A stretch of 61,125 bases of DNA, the filler included, from Sphacelaria rigidula (lineage: Eukaryota), in NCBI GenBank assembly GCA_964200075.2. It is 5 parts of 5 records of this genome, joined end to end, with 100 filler letters (N's around TTAATTAATTAA, not from the genome) between each part and the next. Parts side by side here need not be neighbours in the genome. Positions count along the whole stretch, not along the records: positions 24,494 to 36,639 come from CAXNAA020004082.1; positions 36,740 to 48,883 come from CAXNAA020004083.1; 3 more parts are not named here. The stretch is one strand, 5' to 3'. Each line of letters opens with the position of its first letter. Position 1 is the first letter of the stretch. The position numbers and the translations under genes are program-made. A model generated the notes under the pieces. It did no database searches. It saw only the letters and a list, made by a program, of their open reading frames with translations, and had not been told where the DNA came from. Shown here piece after piece: positions 25,490 through 38,116 of this stretch.

Positions 25490-28400
25490 CTGTGGCGCGT
25501 GCTCTAGCCACCGAAAGTCGCTCAAACTGGCCTTTTTCCGCGGGGTGTTGATCCCGAACCACAAAAGCCTCTTTAAGATCATGAAAAACTTGAAACAGGA
25601 ACCCGAACCACAAAAGCCTGTTGAAGATCAAGCAAAATTTGAAACATAATTACTTTTGGCGGGGTATTTTCCCCCCGTGTTCCTCTTTGTCGCGTTCTCG
25701 TTCATTTGTGAGCACGAACACACCGGTTATGCCGCCAATGCCACGAAAACATGAGAGCAAAGCAGTTGAAGGCAATTGAACATTGCCTTGGCCTGAGCCA
25801 GCAGGAAACACGAGACCGTGCAATGGGCCGTTGGCGAGTTGGACACAGCACAGCAGCACGGCAGCATGAGAATGTATTGCCGCACAGAACGATCACCCTG
25901 GTGAAACAAAAGGCCCGGTGATGTGGAAGCAACAGTGATGTACAAAGAACATGCCAAGAATGTTCGACGCATTCCAATTTTTCGGTAAGTGCCTCCCGCT
26001 GTCATGTCTTCGTGGCACGAGATCTACTTCGCACTCTGGCACCTCGGGTATACCACACACGTCATACGCCGGCGGTTCCGCCGTGGGCCTCCGTCCGAAA
26101 TCCCATATTTCTGAACGACATAGGATAACACATGCGATGTTTTGTACAGCCACGATCACTACTGTACATTGAGACACAACAGTAGCTTCTCTTAACCATA
26201 TATTTTCGACTTGCGTCACCCCCGGGAGGCCCGTCCCAACCTTCCGGAGGGGAAACTTGTATATACGTATATGTATGGCCCGCATCTCTCCGACCCACTA
26301 CTACTCCCCAAACATAGCGACGTTTGGAGTCAGCTCTCTACCATGTCATCACGGCTGGATCCCTGGGGGGTCAGTTGAAGTGCGATAATCAACCCCTCAA
26401 TCAGTCAATCTCTTGCAAAACGTACCGACACACTCACTGGAGCAGCGTATCGAGCCTTGGGGCATGACGTGGACCGTGCACGTCATGCTGCCCTCGTCGG
26501 TGACCAGGGGTCCAGTTTTCACATCGTACGTGCCCCGACAGGATTTATCAACCGTTCGCGCGCACGGCATGGACCATGGCTTTAACAACTTGCGCGTGTG
26601 GGAAACTTGAACTTACCTCAACTCTGGAAACTCGGGGCTGGATGGATCCCTACCCGCGACCACACGCACTACTACACCTATATTTTAACAATGAAGGGGG
26701 GTAGGAGGGGTCTCGTGTCATGTCCCCCACGAGAGCCATGCTGCGGTAAGGGTGCGCTTTTTTGTCTGAGGTAATTTGACGCTGTGAAACAAAACAATTA
26801 CATATTTCACAATTTGTGATGCTTGCGGGCCAGAGGATCGCCTCGCGTTCAGGCGCAGCTTTGTCCTAGCTGCACTAGCGCGAGTGCACGAGAGTCCGAG
26901 CAAAAACTAAGTCTAGCACGCTGGCCCAGGAAAAAGCTGTGCATCCCCTACCGTAGCACAAGTCAGGAGGCGTTTTGTGGGCCTGAGTTCGTTGGATACG
27001 GTTTGGGCGTCGCAATGCTTGCGGTGGGATGAAGACATTATATTGCAGCCGTAGAACGGGGATAAAAATTTGAACACCGCCGTTCGTGCCTCGATCGGAT
27101 ATTCGGTCACGGTCCATGTCGTACCCCGAAGGCTTGATACGCTACTCAAGTAAGAAGTGTGTCGGTAGGTAGCGCAAGAGAGCTGACTCCAATCGTTGCA
27201 TTGTGTGTGGGGACTTACTCGTGTGAGGGTGTGAGGATGCGGCCTGTTGTACAGCGGAATGAAAACACAAGGGAAGGAAAAAACAATCGGTACATAGGGC
27301 CGAAGGGAATTTTGGAAGGAAAAAAAAACGAGCACATGGGGCCGATGAGATTTCCGGGGGAAAAAAAAAAATCCAATCGATAAAAATCCGCATCCCTACG
27401 ATATAAGAAGTGGCCTACAGACAGTATGGACAGTTTAATATCCATGTATGTCATGTACGCGTAGAAAAAAACATCACCGTAGCGCCGTATTTTCACTGTA
27501 CATCCACTGTACGGTAAAACCTGCGAATCGGGTGAGCTTCCACAAGCAGTCTGCCTCGTCATTTCTCGGGCTGCGGCTCTTCTTCTCCGCGGTAGCAATC
27601 TGACGCCGACCATCATCGTCGACGGATGAAACACAGAGAGCAAGCGCAGAGCCCGAGGGCAGGGGAGTCAATCGAAAACGTTCACTCTTTGTTGGAAGCT
27701 CGAAACATTACAGCGAGTGCGTGGTACTGGTACCCCGAAATGCAATAGTCGGGATCCCTGTAAAATAATGTGAGTACGAGTCGAGTCGCGTTGGACCTGA
27801 ATTACTACCGTATGAAAGCGGTCGCCGACAAAACCCTCCCGACACTTTGTAGAGGACAACCTCTCCTTTCCCCGAAAGTCTCCTAAAAAAAGGGGGAATA
27901 AAAAGGAGGAAGGAGCCAAAAATGCCAGCGACGCGGAACTATGTGCGGAATACTCTCCTCGTTTTCTGCAAGCTAATAATAAGGTGTTGGCAAGTCAATC
28001 AAATTACAATATTTGTACGTCTTGCGGGAAAATGCTATGTGCTGGTCAAATGGGTTGGTTTTCGGCAGGTATGCGAAACGGGGTAATAACTTGTGATATA
28101 CTCAGACGTTTACCCTCACCTCCACAGCTGCCGCGTACTTGGCGTTTTTGATCAGGCGAATCCACATGCTGATCTGCCTATGTTCTCAGCGGAAGCCACA
28201 TAGTGAGAGTTCAGTTCAGTCACACGATCAAGGCGGGGAAGGGTGGTGAGGGGGCGTACTCATGGCCTTGCATGCCGTAGTCACAATACCACTGACCTCG
28301 CATCCCTACGAAGCCTGGACGGAGCACGCCGGGATTTCGCCGGACCAGGCTCGCAATCAATTACCAAGCGCGAAGCGCCATGATGTGTTCGGCAAGTCGC

Positions 28401-30183
28401 ATGAAAGGTGAGCTATATCCTGCGAAGATTGGTCTACTATATATACTGTACTATCCCGACAGTCAATTGAAACATTTTTTTCTTGAACGACGGCTAGTAG
28501 CTCAATATACCCCCCTCTAGAGTTTCAGCTCAATTGCAGTCGTCAGTAGTGAATAATTCTCTGTCGCGTGAAGGACGGGCATATTGGAAAATGGCGTTTG
28601 TGCTCGTACAAATATCCTCAACAATTTTAGGGGTATCCATCTCTGGTTTATGAGCTGTATCGGATGGAATTGGGCCAGACTGCGACGAGTACGCAGCTTC
28701 AGATACATACTACAACTGTGTATCGCTTTCGTTGTTTACTCTCTGCCCACTTCTTTGACTTCGTCGCATCTCGATTTTCGGGGTGGTGGTGGGAAACGTG
28801 ACACTAGCCCCAGGCGTAACACTGTCTAACTCAGCACTATGCATACCGTGGAGCATGACCATTTCGTATGTAATATGACGCTCCTAACCCTCTACCGCCT
28901 CCGAATCATTGAAAGAGAAGGAGGCTGCTAGAATTCTGATGGGTTGGCGGTCTTGCAAAAACATGACTTTAAACGAAAGATGTCTGAGCACTTTATTGAT
29001 GCACTCACGCTCAGACATGCTTGATAGCCAACGATACTCTTGCATGTTTTGTGCAGAACTCGCACATTACGGACTACTTTTCACTACAACCCTACCCGTA
29101 AAGTCCACACGAAATTCGGATATCGTTCGCGGTCAGATCCGTGTGAAGTGCTTGATATGTCGAATGTTTTTGCTGTTATTATTATCTTCTCATGAAAAGC
29201 ATTCCGATACTCTGTACTGGCGATGTTATGCGGACGCTTTCCGTGGTCACAGGCTAATATCTACCCAAAACAAGGTACAAGGATAATAAAAAATCGTACC
29301 CATAAAAATTCACACAGATACACATTAAACCGATAGCGACGGCAGCAGTGTCAGTCCGGCAAACCTGTCCAATTAGAAGCCTCGAGTCTCATAATATTCG
29401 GGGACCGTAAAGTTGACGTCGGCGACAAGCCGCCGACAGCTAAAAGAGAATATCTTTCGGCGCGTCGCCGCATCATTTCTGCCCGCTGGATGGCTATGCG
29501 CCGCAACCATCATACACGAGATATGAAGTGACAAGCATGCGCGACATGCAGAATATCGTAGCAGACCCAGCGCACCCCTTGACAATCCCGTCCATGCGTT
29601 GCACAGTCTCATCTCTCGAACATTTCACAACTCCTTGACTGAGAGCGTGTACAGGGAGCAAGTTGACAAACCCACACGCGGGTGGTGCGTACAACCAACC
29701 TGTACGACCTTGTAGTACATTCGTGGTATCACGAGACATGCTCTGTGCTGATACTGTTGACGAATTGAGACACCCTAGACCAGGATCGATATGTACGAAA
29801 ATCAATAGGTCTTGCGGAGTCGATCATGGTTGCTCTATCGCACAATGACTCCACGTCCGACTCTCTAGTTATCTTACAGACAGTCTCTAGCACGTCTTCT
29901 GCAGTGCCACAGAGCAAATGCCAATGGATTAGGTCGGAGTTTACTCTACTCAACTACAACACGTCGTAGCGCCATGAAACGGCCAGGGGTACGGACAAAT
30001 TTGTTCCAACAAGTCTAAGGCTTACCCTGCACCCGACACAGCCATAGCGGAGATAGCGGCCCGATTAGACTCCCTATCCGTGATCTCCAGTATCTCCTTG
30101 ATTGCCTTCCGCCGGGCAGTAGAGGCAGTGCTCCTCAGCGCGGAGCACAGGTTCTCTACCTCGTCATGCCCGACCACAGGCAT
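25490..30183 (-). CDS. ATM: Probable ATM/Tel1 kinase, N-terminal (TAN-like) exons only; truncated by contig end
   Basis: Phase-compatible exons 30183-30026, 28177-28120, 27599-27521, 26677-26617 and 25617-25490 give MPVVGHDEVENLCSALRSTASTARRKAIKEILEI...MWIRLIKNAKYAAAVEIATAEKKSRSPRNDEADCLWKLTRFA. From recall this follows the ATM N-terminal pattern (LxS.....RxxxI...W..L......E....KK...P). No kinase domain is in the window, and the last two exons are less certain. Confidence 0.55.
29213..29257 (+). mobile_element. Helitron-like 3' terminus
   Basis: GCGGACGCTTTCCGT hairpin, 9 nt, then CTAA followed by T (CTRR|T rule). Second copy at 1756-1800 (-). Confidence 0.55.
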
Positions 30184-31692
30184 GATAGTTGTCCGTTGTT
30201 GTAGCTTTGCAGCGGTGATGAGTTTTTGAAACCCTCTTTCTTGTCGAAAACTACGGTGGCCACGCCACGAAAAAAAATGTTGAAGATATATCGATATATG
30301 AGATGTATCAGAATCGTATAGGCCGTTGTTGTGTACGAGAAAATCAAGGTTGACAACCTCACCAGCAGGGGCCGGGGGCAAGAGGAGAGGGGGTGTTATA
30401 CTCCGACACCTGACGCTGATCACAGCACTTCTCTTGTTCTATGCTCGTAGCTTGTTGTGTTTTCGAGCACTGCAAAGTTCAGTTGTGCAGCAATGCTGAA
30501 GCTCCGTGGCAAATAGCGCGAGGTATGGTGTAGAGTACGAAAATAATCTCGATCTAGCTCACGGTGCAACAGCGTTTGACTGTATTACCTGGCTCTCGCA
30601 CCAGACGTCGATGTCTGTACTGCTCCTACTGCTGCGGTACTTCTCTCGAAAAACATGTGCAAAACCTTGGCAAAACTATTCTGAAATGATTTTCAATGGA
30701 AAATGGCTGCTTTTCAAGCGAAATAATATGTTCCGAATTGGGCCACGCGAAAGTGTTCGGACGGCCACCCTCTCGCCCCACGGAAAATAGCACTGCCCCA
30801 CTTTCTTCTTCAAGAGCGCACACACACCCTTGTCCGGGGAAAAGTGGACGCACGTGCCATCTACGTCGTCGCTGTGCCCATCGTCATCGTTCTTCGTTGC
30901 ACGAAACTTCATTCTCCCGCCCTGTAGGAGAAGGAACACAACGGGCGGCATTAGCGTCGAATCAGAAAAACAAGAGCAGGCAAGCCGATATTTTTGAATT
31001 TTGGGCATCGACAGTAAGTACTGTACGATGGGTGCCCGATCGACAAGGCGTTGCAGGTCGTGTTTATGTTGGTGCTCCGTGCCTGTAGTATGCGCACGTG
31101 TAGGGAGGTCGATAAGAGTGTTATTTGCGCATGTATGAACGTAGCTTGATCATGTCTGGTGCCTCGTCTAGGTAGGTAGGTACGAAGAGAAGCTGGGGCA
31201 GCTGACTTCTCGGTTGCACGTCAGTTGGGGTGGACAAACAGACGACACTCGCTTTTCGACACGGGGGGTGCGTAGTTCCGTTCGTCCACAGCAACAGCAC
31301 ATGTGCAGGAAACGGTTTGGTGAAGTAGACAAGCTCGGGTACTTATGCCTTGGAGTTGTTGCGTATAATGGTCTTGCGATATGCGGGCATTGGAGGGGAA
31401 ACATGTGGGATGCTCCCATCAACCTGGTGACCATGTCATATTTCTCCGTCGGCTCTTATTTTTCGTGTTTCTGCTTCCCGCCCCCTCTCTTGTGATCGTT
31501 GCCCGCAACCGCTCGCTCCAACCCATAAAACAGGAAAGAGGAACCCGGCAAGGAAACGAAAAAACGGTACTGTGCGCCACCGGGCAGCCGAATAACAGAG
31601 GGGACGTTCGAAAAGCTCTGGCAACATTGCAGAACAATCTCGGCACGTTCCCTGCATCGCGTTAAAGGGCAGCAACGACTCTCACTCACGCC

Positions 31693-34600
31693 ATGCCACA
31701 CGCTCCTACTGCGGAGGACAAAATAGCCTCCATCAAGCAGCAATTTGACAACCTCGAGATCGCCACTGAGACCGGTAGTGTCATCAGCGGCGAGAGCAGT
31801 AAACAACCCGTGGTGTCATCATCCACATCGTCGCCTGCCCGTGACAGTGAAGGCTTCGTCGTAGCGCCTGATTTCAAGAAGGGCAAGATAGTGGCCATAA
31901 AGCAACAGTTGTCTGCCAAGCTCGAAATCAGCACTGCTGCCGACGGAGAAGCGGTGGGGGATAACGACGGCCTCGTGATGAATCAGCAGGGCAGGACCCC
32001 GCCGCGGCACGGAGAAGGCGTGGTCGTTGCGCACGAGGTTGAAGACGGAAAAGTATCAGCGATGAAAGACATGTTGGTGTCTGAGGGTCTTGGTATTGAT
32101 GGCGCCAGTGCCACGGGCGTGAGTGGCGAAGGTGGTTCCGACAACCACTCGAACGGATCGTTCGTTGCACCTGAGGTCGAACAGGGAAAGGTCGAAGACA
32201 TGAAATGCCAGTTGACCGATAGGGGGCTCGACCTTCACCCTGCTATTACTGCAGCAGCGTCAGCCCCGGCCACCGCCACCAAAGAGCACACCTCAAGCGA
32301 CACGCCGTCCGATCGTGCTGCGTACAGTCATGTCTCAGAAACCGAGACCGGCAGTTCTGCTATTGCACCGTTTTCCGGTGATAGCGTTGATAGTGCTGAT
32401 CCGACGTCAACTCCAGGCGGTGACGTTGCACTAGAGGGCTCTCAACGGGTTACTTTCGTACCCGCAACTATTGCCGGTGAAAGTCCTGCTCCTGCTCCGC
32501 CCGGGGAACCCTGTGCCGTGCAGACTACTTCGGTGTCCGAGAATGAAGGGAAGCCGGCTGTAGCGGGTGCTTCTGTGGCCGATAGTAACGATGGTCATCC
32601 CTCTGCCGCCGACCCAAAGCCCAAGCGCGAGCCATCGCCCGCGAAGGCGGCAACCCGCGGGAAATCCCCTCTGTCAACACGAACTCGCCGAATGCAGGCA
32701 AATGGCGAGTCAGCACGGCCGAGGTCGGCGGGACGGAGGACTCCTTCCCCGGTCGTAACTCGCAAGGCCGGCACGCCTCAGCGCGGCCGTCAATCCACAA
32801 CCGCTCGAACCACCACCACTCGCACCTCTCACTCCGGCTCTGCAACTAGCCACGTGGGATCTCCGGCCGCACGTGCGCGCCGTCAGTCAACTGAGACAGG
32901 AGTAGCGGCAACATCGGGATCGCGGACGAGGGTTACTCCCCGCGGGAGGAGCAGCCACGTCGCGGGCAACCAAGGAGCATCGCCACACGTCGGCAGCGTC
33001 TCACGAGCGGTCGTGACAACGCCCGAGACTACGGAACCGCGCACGACCTCCGCGATGGCGGTGGCGAGCGGGACGGGGAGTTCAGCGCCGCGCAGACGCT
33101 CGACCACCCCTGTTCAGCGACGGAGGACGCCACCGGTCCAGCAGCAGACGACCACACCGGTGCGCCAGACATCGACTACACCAGTACGCCCTGTGGTGAT
33201 GAGCGGAAGCTCTCCCGCGCCCATGGGTACACCATCCACTGCGGAGCTGGCGGGGAGACGCCTACACGACCAGGCGCGCGAGACTCGGGAACGGCTAGAG
33301 CGAAGGAGACGGGAGGGTGCTTCGCCAGCGGTGTCCGCCGATGGCTTGTCTCCTTTTACACCGCGCCGTTGGTCCAACCCGATCAGGGGCAACCCATCCG
33401 TGGCGGGTATGGAACGTGTCGAACGCCTGTACCGGGACGCCACGGAGAGGGATATCAAGCTCGAGATGGCCCGTCGCGAGGAGGAGGAGAACCCCCGCGA
33501 CTGCACATTTACGCCCAAAATCACCGCGAGGGCTTCTAGCCGTGGTAGGTCGGAGAAGCGGAGGCAACAGGAAGCAGGGATGACCGGCGACGAGGCCAAG
33601 GGGAGCGGCAGCATGTCGCGTTTTCATGCCCTTTACCTGGACGCCAAGCGCCGGCGCGCGAAGATGGAGGCGCTCACCGACGCCCGCATTGTCGAGGTGG
33701 CGGGACCCGGTACGCCTGAGATTACCGATCTCGGCCGCAAGCAATCAACCGAGCCGCTCGACGCTCGGCTGAAGGAAAATGCGGAGCGCTGGGCGCGCCG
33801 CTGGAAGGAACTAGAGGAGAAGAAGGTGGAGCAAGACGTCGAAGGGTGCACGTTTCAGCCCACTTTTTCCGTCGGGCGCATCGGACGCAGCGCGTCCGCT
33901 CCTCGGCTCCGGGGCAGAGACCGCGAGAGGAACAGCAGTAGCGGTGGCGATGCAGATTGGAACGGCGCGCCATTCGTTGTGAGGGCGCAGAAGTACCAGG
34001 CGGCGAGGGAGGAGAGGTTGATGGAACTGAAGCGGGAGTTGGAGAAGAAGGAATTGGCGGAGGCCACGTTTCAGCCAAAGGTGTCTGCGTCGTTCGCAAT
34101 GGAAGCTAACTCGAGTTCGCCGGAGCATGGCGAGATTTGCTCTCAGGGGAACCGTAAAAGCGGCGGGAATCCCGCCGGCAGGGACCCGGGGGTGTTCGAG
34201 CGCCTGCTTCGCGCCGCAATTGAGCAGGAGCAACACAAGGCGGCTCTGAAAGCGGATTTTTTGCAGAAGGAGCGCGAGTCGTTTCATGATTTTCAGGTGA
34301 GAGGGTTGATTTGATAAGTGAGTTGGTGGATGTGTCGATGAAGAGTGTCCTTGACAGATGAAGTGAAGCCTACTCGCGTCAGGCGTTTCGTTGAAATCGT
34401 CAACGTGGTCCCGTGGAGTGCTTCGTTTTCAATATTTTTTATTCATCCTGCGGGGTGTTTTGTAATGCACATGGAGGATTGACAAAGTGCTTGCCGGAGC
34501 AGGAGGTTTAGCAGGCATGACCTGCAGGCAGTACAGCAATTCCACCTTGCCTGCTGCATGCTCCGTTATTGACATGACAGTCCCTCTCCGCGCCCATTCC

Positions 34601-35397
34601 TATCCTGTATTTTCCTGTTTCAATCTGCCCTGTCCTGTCCTGTCCTGCCCCAACCTGTCCCAACCTGTCTCGTCCCTTCCCACGGCCCTCCTCAGCCCCG
34701 GCTTCGGAACCGGCGGTCGGACAGCCCCGCGCGTCCCCTGGACGCCCGTCTGAAAGAGAGCACCGAGCACTGGGTACAGAGCCGGGAGGCTCGCGAGCAA
34801 CAACGCATCGAAAAGGAGAGCGAACAGTGCACCTTCCACCCTGCCGTCGGCAGTGTCAGCGGCAGCAAAGCCAGCGGTCGCGCCCGGCGTAGTTCCTCAG
34901 CAGACTCCCGGTCCCGCGTGAGCGCAGCGGAGAGAGGATCACGGTCCGCTGCCTCGGCGGCGGGGGCGGGGACGGTAGGCGCGACTAAAAGTAGCAGAAT
35001 GTCATTGGGCGAGTTCGAGGCACGGAGCAAGGCGTTCCAGGACGCCAAAGAGCAGCGCCTGATGAAGCTACGCGAGGAGAAGAGTCGCAACGAGCTCCAG
35101 GAGGCTACATTTAGACCAGTCATCGGCTTCGGCGCTAACCTCGGCGCCGGCGGTGGAAAGCAAGATGTGACGGCGACGGCAGTGGGTAAGCCTGCGCCAC
35201 CTGCTACGGCGTCCCAGGCGGCTTCTGGGGTTGGCCCGGTCGTAGAGATCGGCGCGATGAAGAGTGGCCGCATGGGAGAGGCAGACGATGGAGCCGCGGT
35301 GGAGAAAACGGCCGCGACTTTGTACGATGAGATGATGAGCGTTGCCCAGAAGAAGGTGTCGGCGTCCGAGGCGAAGGGCGAGGCTGTCAGCTTCAAG
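31693..35397 (+). CDS. Large uncharacterised protein: disordered Ser/Thr/Arg-rich N-half, then charged helices punctuated by [CA]TFxP repeats; probably 3'-partial
   Basis: GCCATG start with an upstream in-frame stop. Exon 31693-34296 and exon 34696-35397 join in phase 0 and rebuild a motif across the intron (HDFQ|PRL). Motifs CTFTPKI, CTFQPTF, ATFQPKV, CTFHPAV, ATFRPVI. Ends at a donor (AAG|GTGTGA) or at the stop 35401-35403. Confidence 0.85.
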
Positions 35398-36639
35398 GTG
35401 TGATGCAACCGAACATTTATTTTATGAAACGGCCGTGTCCCCTCCTTGGGTTTGCTTGCTTTTCCATCCTCGTGGTGTCGATTGGCGTTGTCATGTACTG
35501 CTGGGGCAAAGCAGTGCTGTCTTCAGCCCTGGCCGCTGTTGTTTTCTTTTCGATGTAGGGCACATGACTTTTCCTGTTGCCATACCCTCGAGTCGACACC
35601 CATGCCCCCCCCTCCCCTGGGACCCATGAGCACCTCAGAGCGTCGCAGTAGCACATACGTACTACTGGCACCATACAGCAGTAGGGCAAGGCCACGGTCG
35701 AAGGATGGTCGGAATCATACCCGATTTTTGTTTCACAGACGCTGCAGTGTTTCCCAGAGTTTTTCATGTGTTATCCGCGTTCTCTGTGTTTGCGCTGTTT
35801 TGTGTGCAGCCTCAGACGGGGGGATACCCTTCCTCTGTTGCATCGCCCCAGGAAATCCTTCCCCAGAGGGGCAACAATCCATTTGTAGAAGTGGTGTTTC
35901 TGGCACAGGGTACACTTTGCCGGGGTATCCGGTGTGAGATATCCAAGCACACACGAAAACAATGTCTTTGCTCCTCTACTGACAGTGTCTGTAATAGGGT
36001 ACTATTACATGTCTGTAATAGTACCCCCATTACAGTCATTCTCCAGAGACAGTAAAACGTGGGCTTCACTCCTGTCGTGATGGCTTAGTCATCCAGGCAT
36101 CTACGCAGGGTTTGAGCTTCTTTGACATCGAAACGTACGACAATGATGATGCGTTCGGAGGTGTGCTTCCCATCCCCCGCCCCCCGCTCCGTTGTATGAG
36201 CCTCTTTTGCATTTCATTCGGGACGGTTCTACGGGCGAACTTGTTTCTCCGAATGACGGTGGGGATTTCACTCTTGGGCCGCCGTTCGTAGGGTTCAGTT
36301 TCGTGGAGTGTGAGCTGTCAGCTCCACATCGCTCTTTGAAATTGGGTTTATATACCGTAAAAAGCTATATATGATGCTACGGCAGTGTGCTCAGTGAAAG
36401 TCTCTGTTCTGTCCCCGGAATATTTTGCGACCCACTGAAACTTGGACGACATTCTATTTCTCATAAAAAAAAAAATCTCGGTGGTGATTGGATTCTGATT
36501 CACGTTCTTTCTGATTTTTTTGTTGAGCGGGGTTTCATCATGGATGCTGTTGTTCGAAGGGGGGGGGGGGGGAGGTTTTCCACAGGATGGTTGCAGGTAT
36601 TTTTCTCCCCTGTAGCTATTCCTCCCCCCCACGCCCATG

Positions 36640-36739
36640 NNNNNNNNNNNNNNNNNNNNNNNNNNNNNNNNNNNNNNNNNNNNTTAATTAATTAANNNNN
36701 NNNNNNNNNNNNNNNNNNNNNNNNNNNNNNNNNNNNNNN
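36640..36739. other. Artificial contig spacer
   Basis: 44 N + TTAATTAATTAA + 44 N. Confidence 0.98.
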
Positions 36740-36847
36740 TTTGTTTTGGTGAATCGCCATCATTTTCACTCATTTTCAAGACAAAATGATGCCGATTCAC
36801 AAAGATTCACAAAACAATAATAAGCACTTGCGTTCCCAAAGGGTTAA
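36740..36847. mobile_element. Right end of a piggyBac-like element, cut by contig start
   Basis: Ends CCCAAAGGG-TTAA. Subterminal inverted repeat GTGAATCGCCATCATTT / AAATGATGCCGATTCAC; a similar pair lies at about 49217-49269. Confidence 0.5.
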
Positions 36848-36906
36848 AGGGCAAATAAGCCCTGTTCGATTTTAATCCAATTCGGTGCATGTTTGCTTCT
36901 GAGCAG

Positions 36907-37126
36907 ATGGTTCGAAGATAAAACCAACGGCGGCTGGGACGTCGAAAAGCTGCAAGAGAGGATAGGAGACGCGAACTGTCACGTGGTCACCAACGACAAC
37001 ATCATGGAGCTGAACTTGGTGGATATCATGGGGAAAAACACCAAGCAGCAACAGCAGCGGCAACGGCAGAAAGACGATTCTGCGGAAGTGGGTGCAGCTG
37101 CACAAACAAAGCCCACCCAACGATGA
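36907..37126 (+). CDS. Candidate terminal exon of an unidentified gene
   Basis: cag| then open frame WFEDKTNGGWDVEKLQERIGDANCHVVTNDNIMELNLVDIM...stop with coding-like composition. Upstream exons would lie beyond the contig start. Confidence 0.55.
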
Positions 37127-38116
37127 GACGAGAGTGTGTGAAGCAGATATTCATACATGTATACATCCCCGCCACTGACCGTCGTACGGGTAGCTCTGCA
37201 GGCGAGAACATGGTATCCCTAGATGCAACAGCAGAGAGGCACCGAGGAAATCGCAGTTCGTGAACGGATAGCGGAGTACGCATAAGCCTCGGACGAAGGG
37301 ATGCACAGATGACGACATTAGTGGTTCATGACGTAGCTTACGGACGGTGTGTGCCACACAGGATAGCGAAGAACGCGTCATCGATCTCGACCTTGTCGGC
37401 TGTGTGGTCGACTGCCGCGGCCATGTGCTGCTGAAACTTGTGCCGTCGTGCAGAACATAACGGGTGGGCGTCTTTCGGCGATCGGATCGTGCTACCGGCA
37501 GCGCGTGTACAGCAGAGCACAGCACCGTACATTCCGTTTTGTTTTTTTGGTGATGGTGTATGTATGCGGAATAATGAGTAAGTGGATATGTCCGAATCTT
37601 CCGTTTTTTGTCTCTTCCCCCCTGTGCTTATTTGGCTTTCTTCCTCTCGGTGTCATTTTCGTAAAATATGATGATAAGCAAGCGGCGGTGTCTTGGACTG
37701 GGCTTCTTTCGTCAGCATTTGTTTTGCACAGGAGTGGTGATGTGATTGGGAAAGGAGACATATTGTAGTCGCTTTCGTCCAACAAGTATAACAAAGGTTG
37801 GTAGACCAAAAGCCGATGATGAGCAAGTACGAGACTCCTATCCAACAAAAACAACCTCCGATGGGTGGGGTCGACCGTATGATCCCACCGCACGCGAGTC
37901 TGAGGGACCGAGAATACTGAATAAAGCCCCCCCCCCCCGCGCGCGCGCGCCTCTCCGGAATAATCTTGAAATTCACACAAGAAATGTTGTTGCCTCCCAA
38001 AACTCATGCCGGCCAAAAAAAGACCGGCGCCACAACGAACATGTGCAACTACAGAGTGAAAAGCAAGTAAGTCAACGCGACTACAACAGACGATCGTGGT
38101 TGAATCCACCCCTCTC

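Noticed and set aside
32525..35408. Multiple long antisense ORFs
   Set aside because: Shadows of the GC-rich plus-strand coding exons.
35398..37126. Joining the TFxP gene to the exon at 36907
   Set aside because: An artificial contig spacer intervenes and the exon phases are incompatible.
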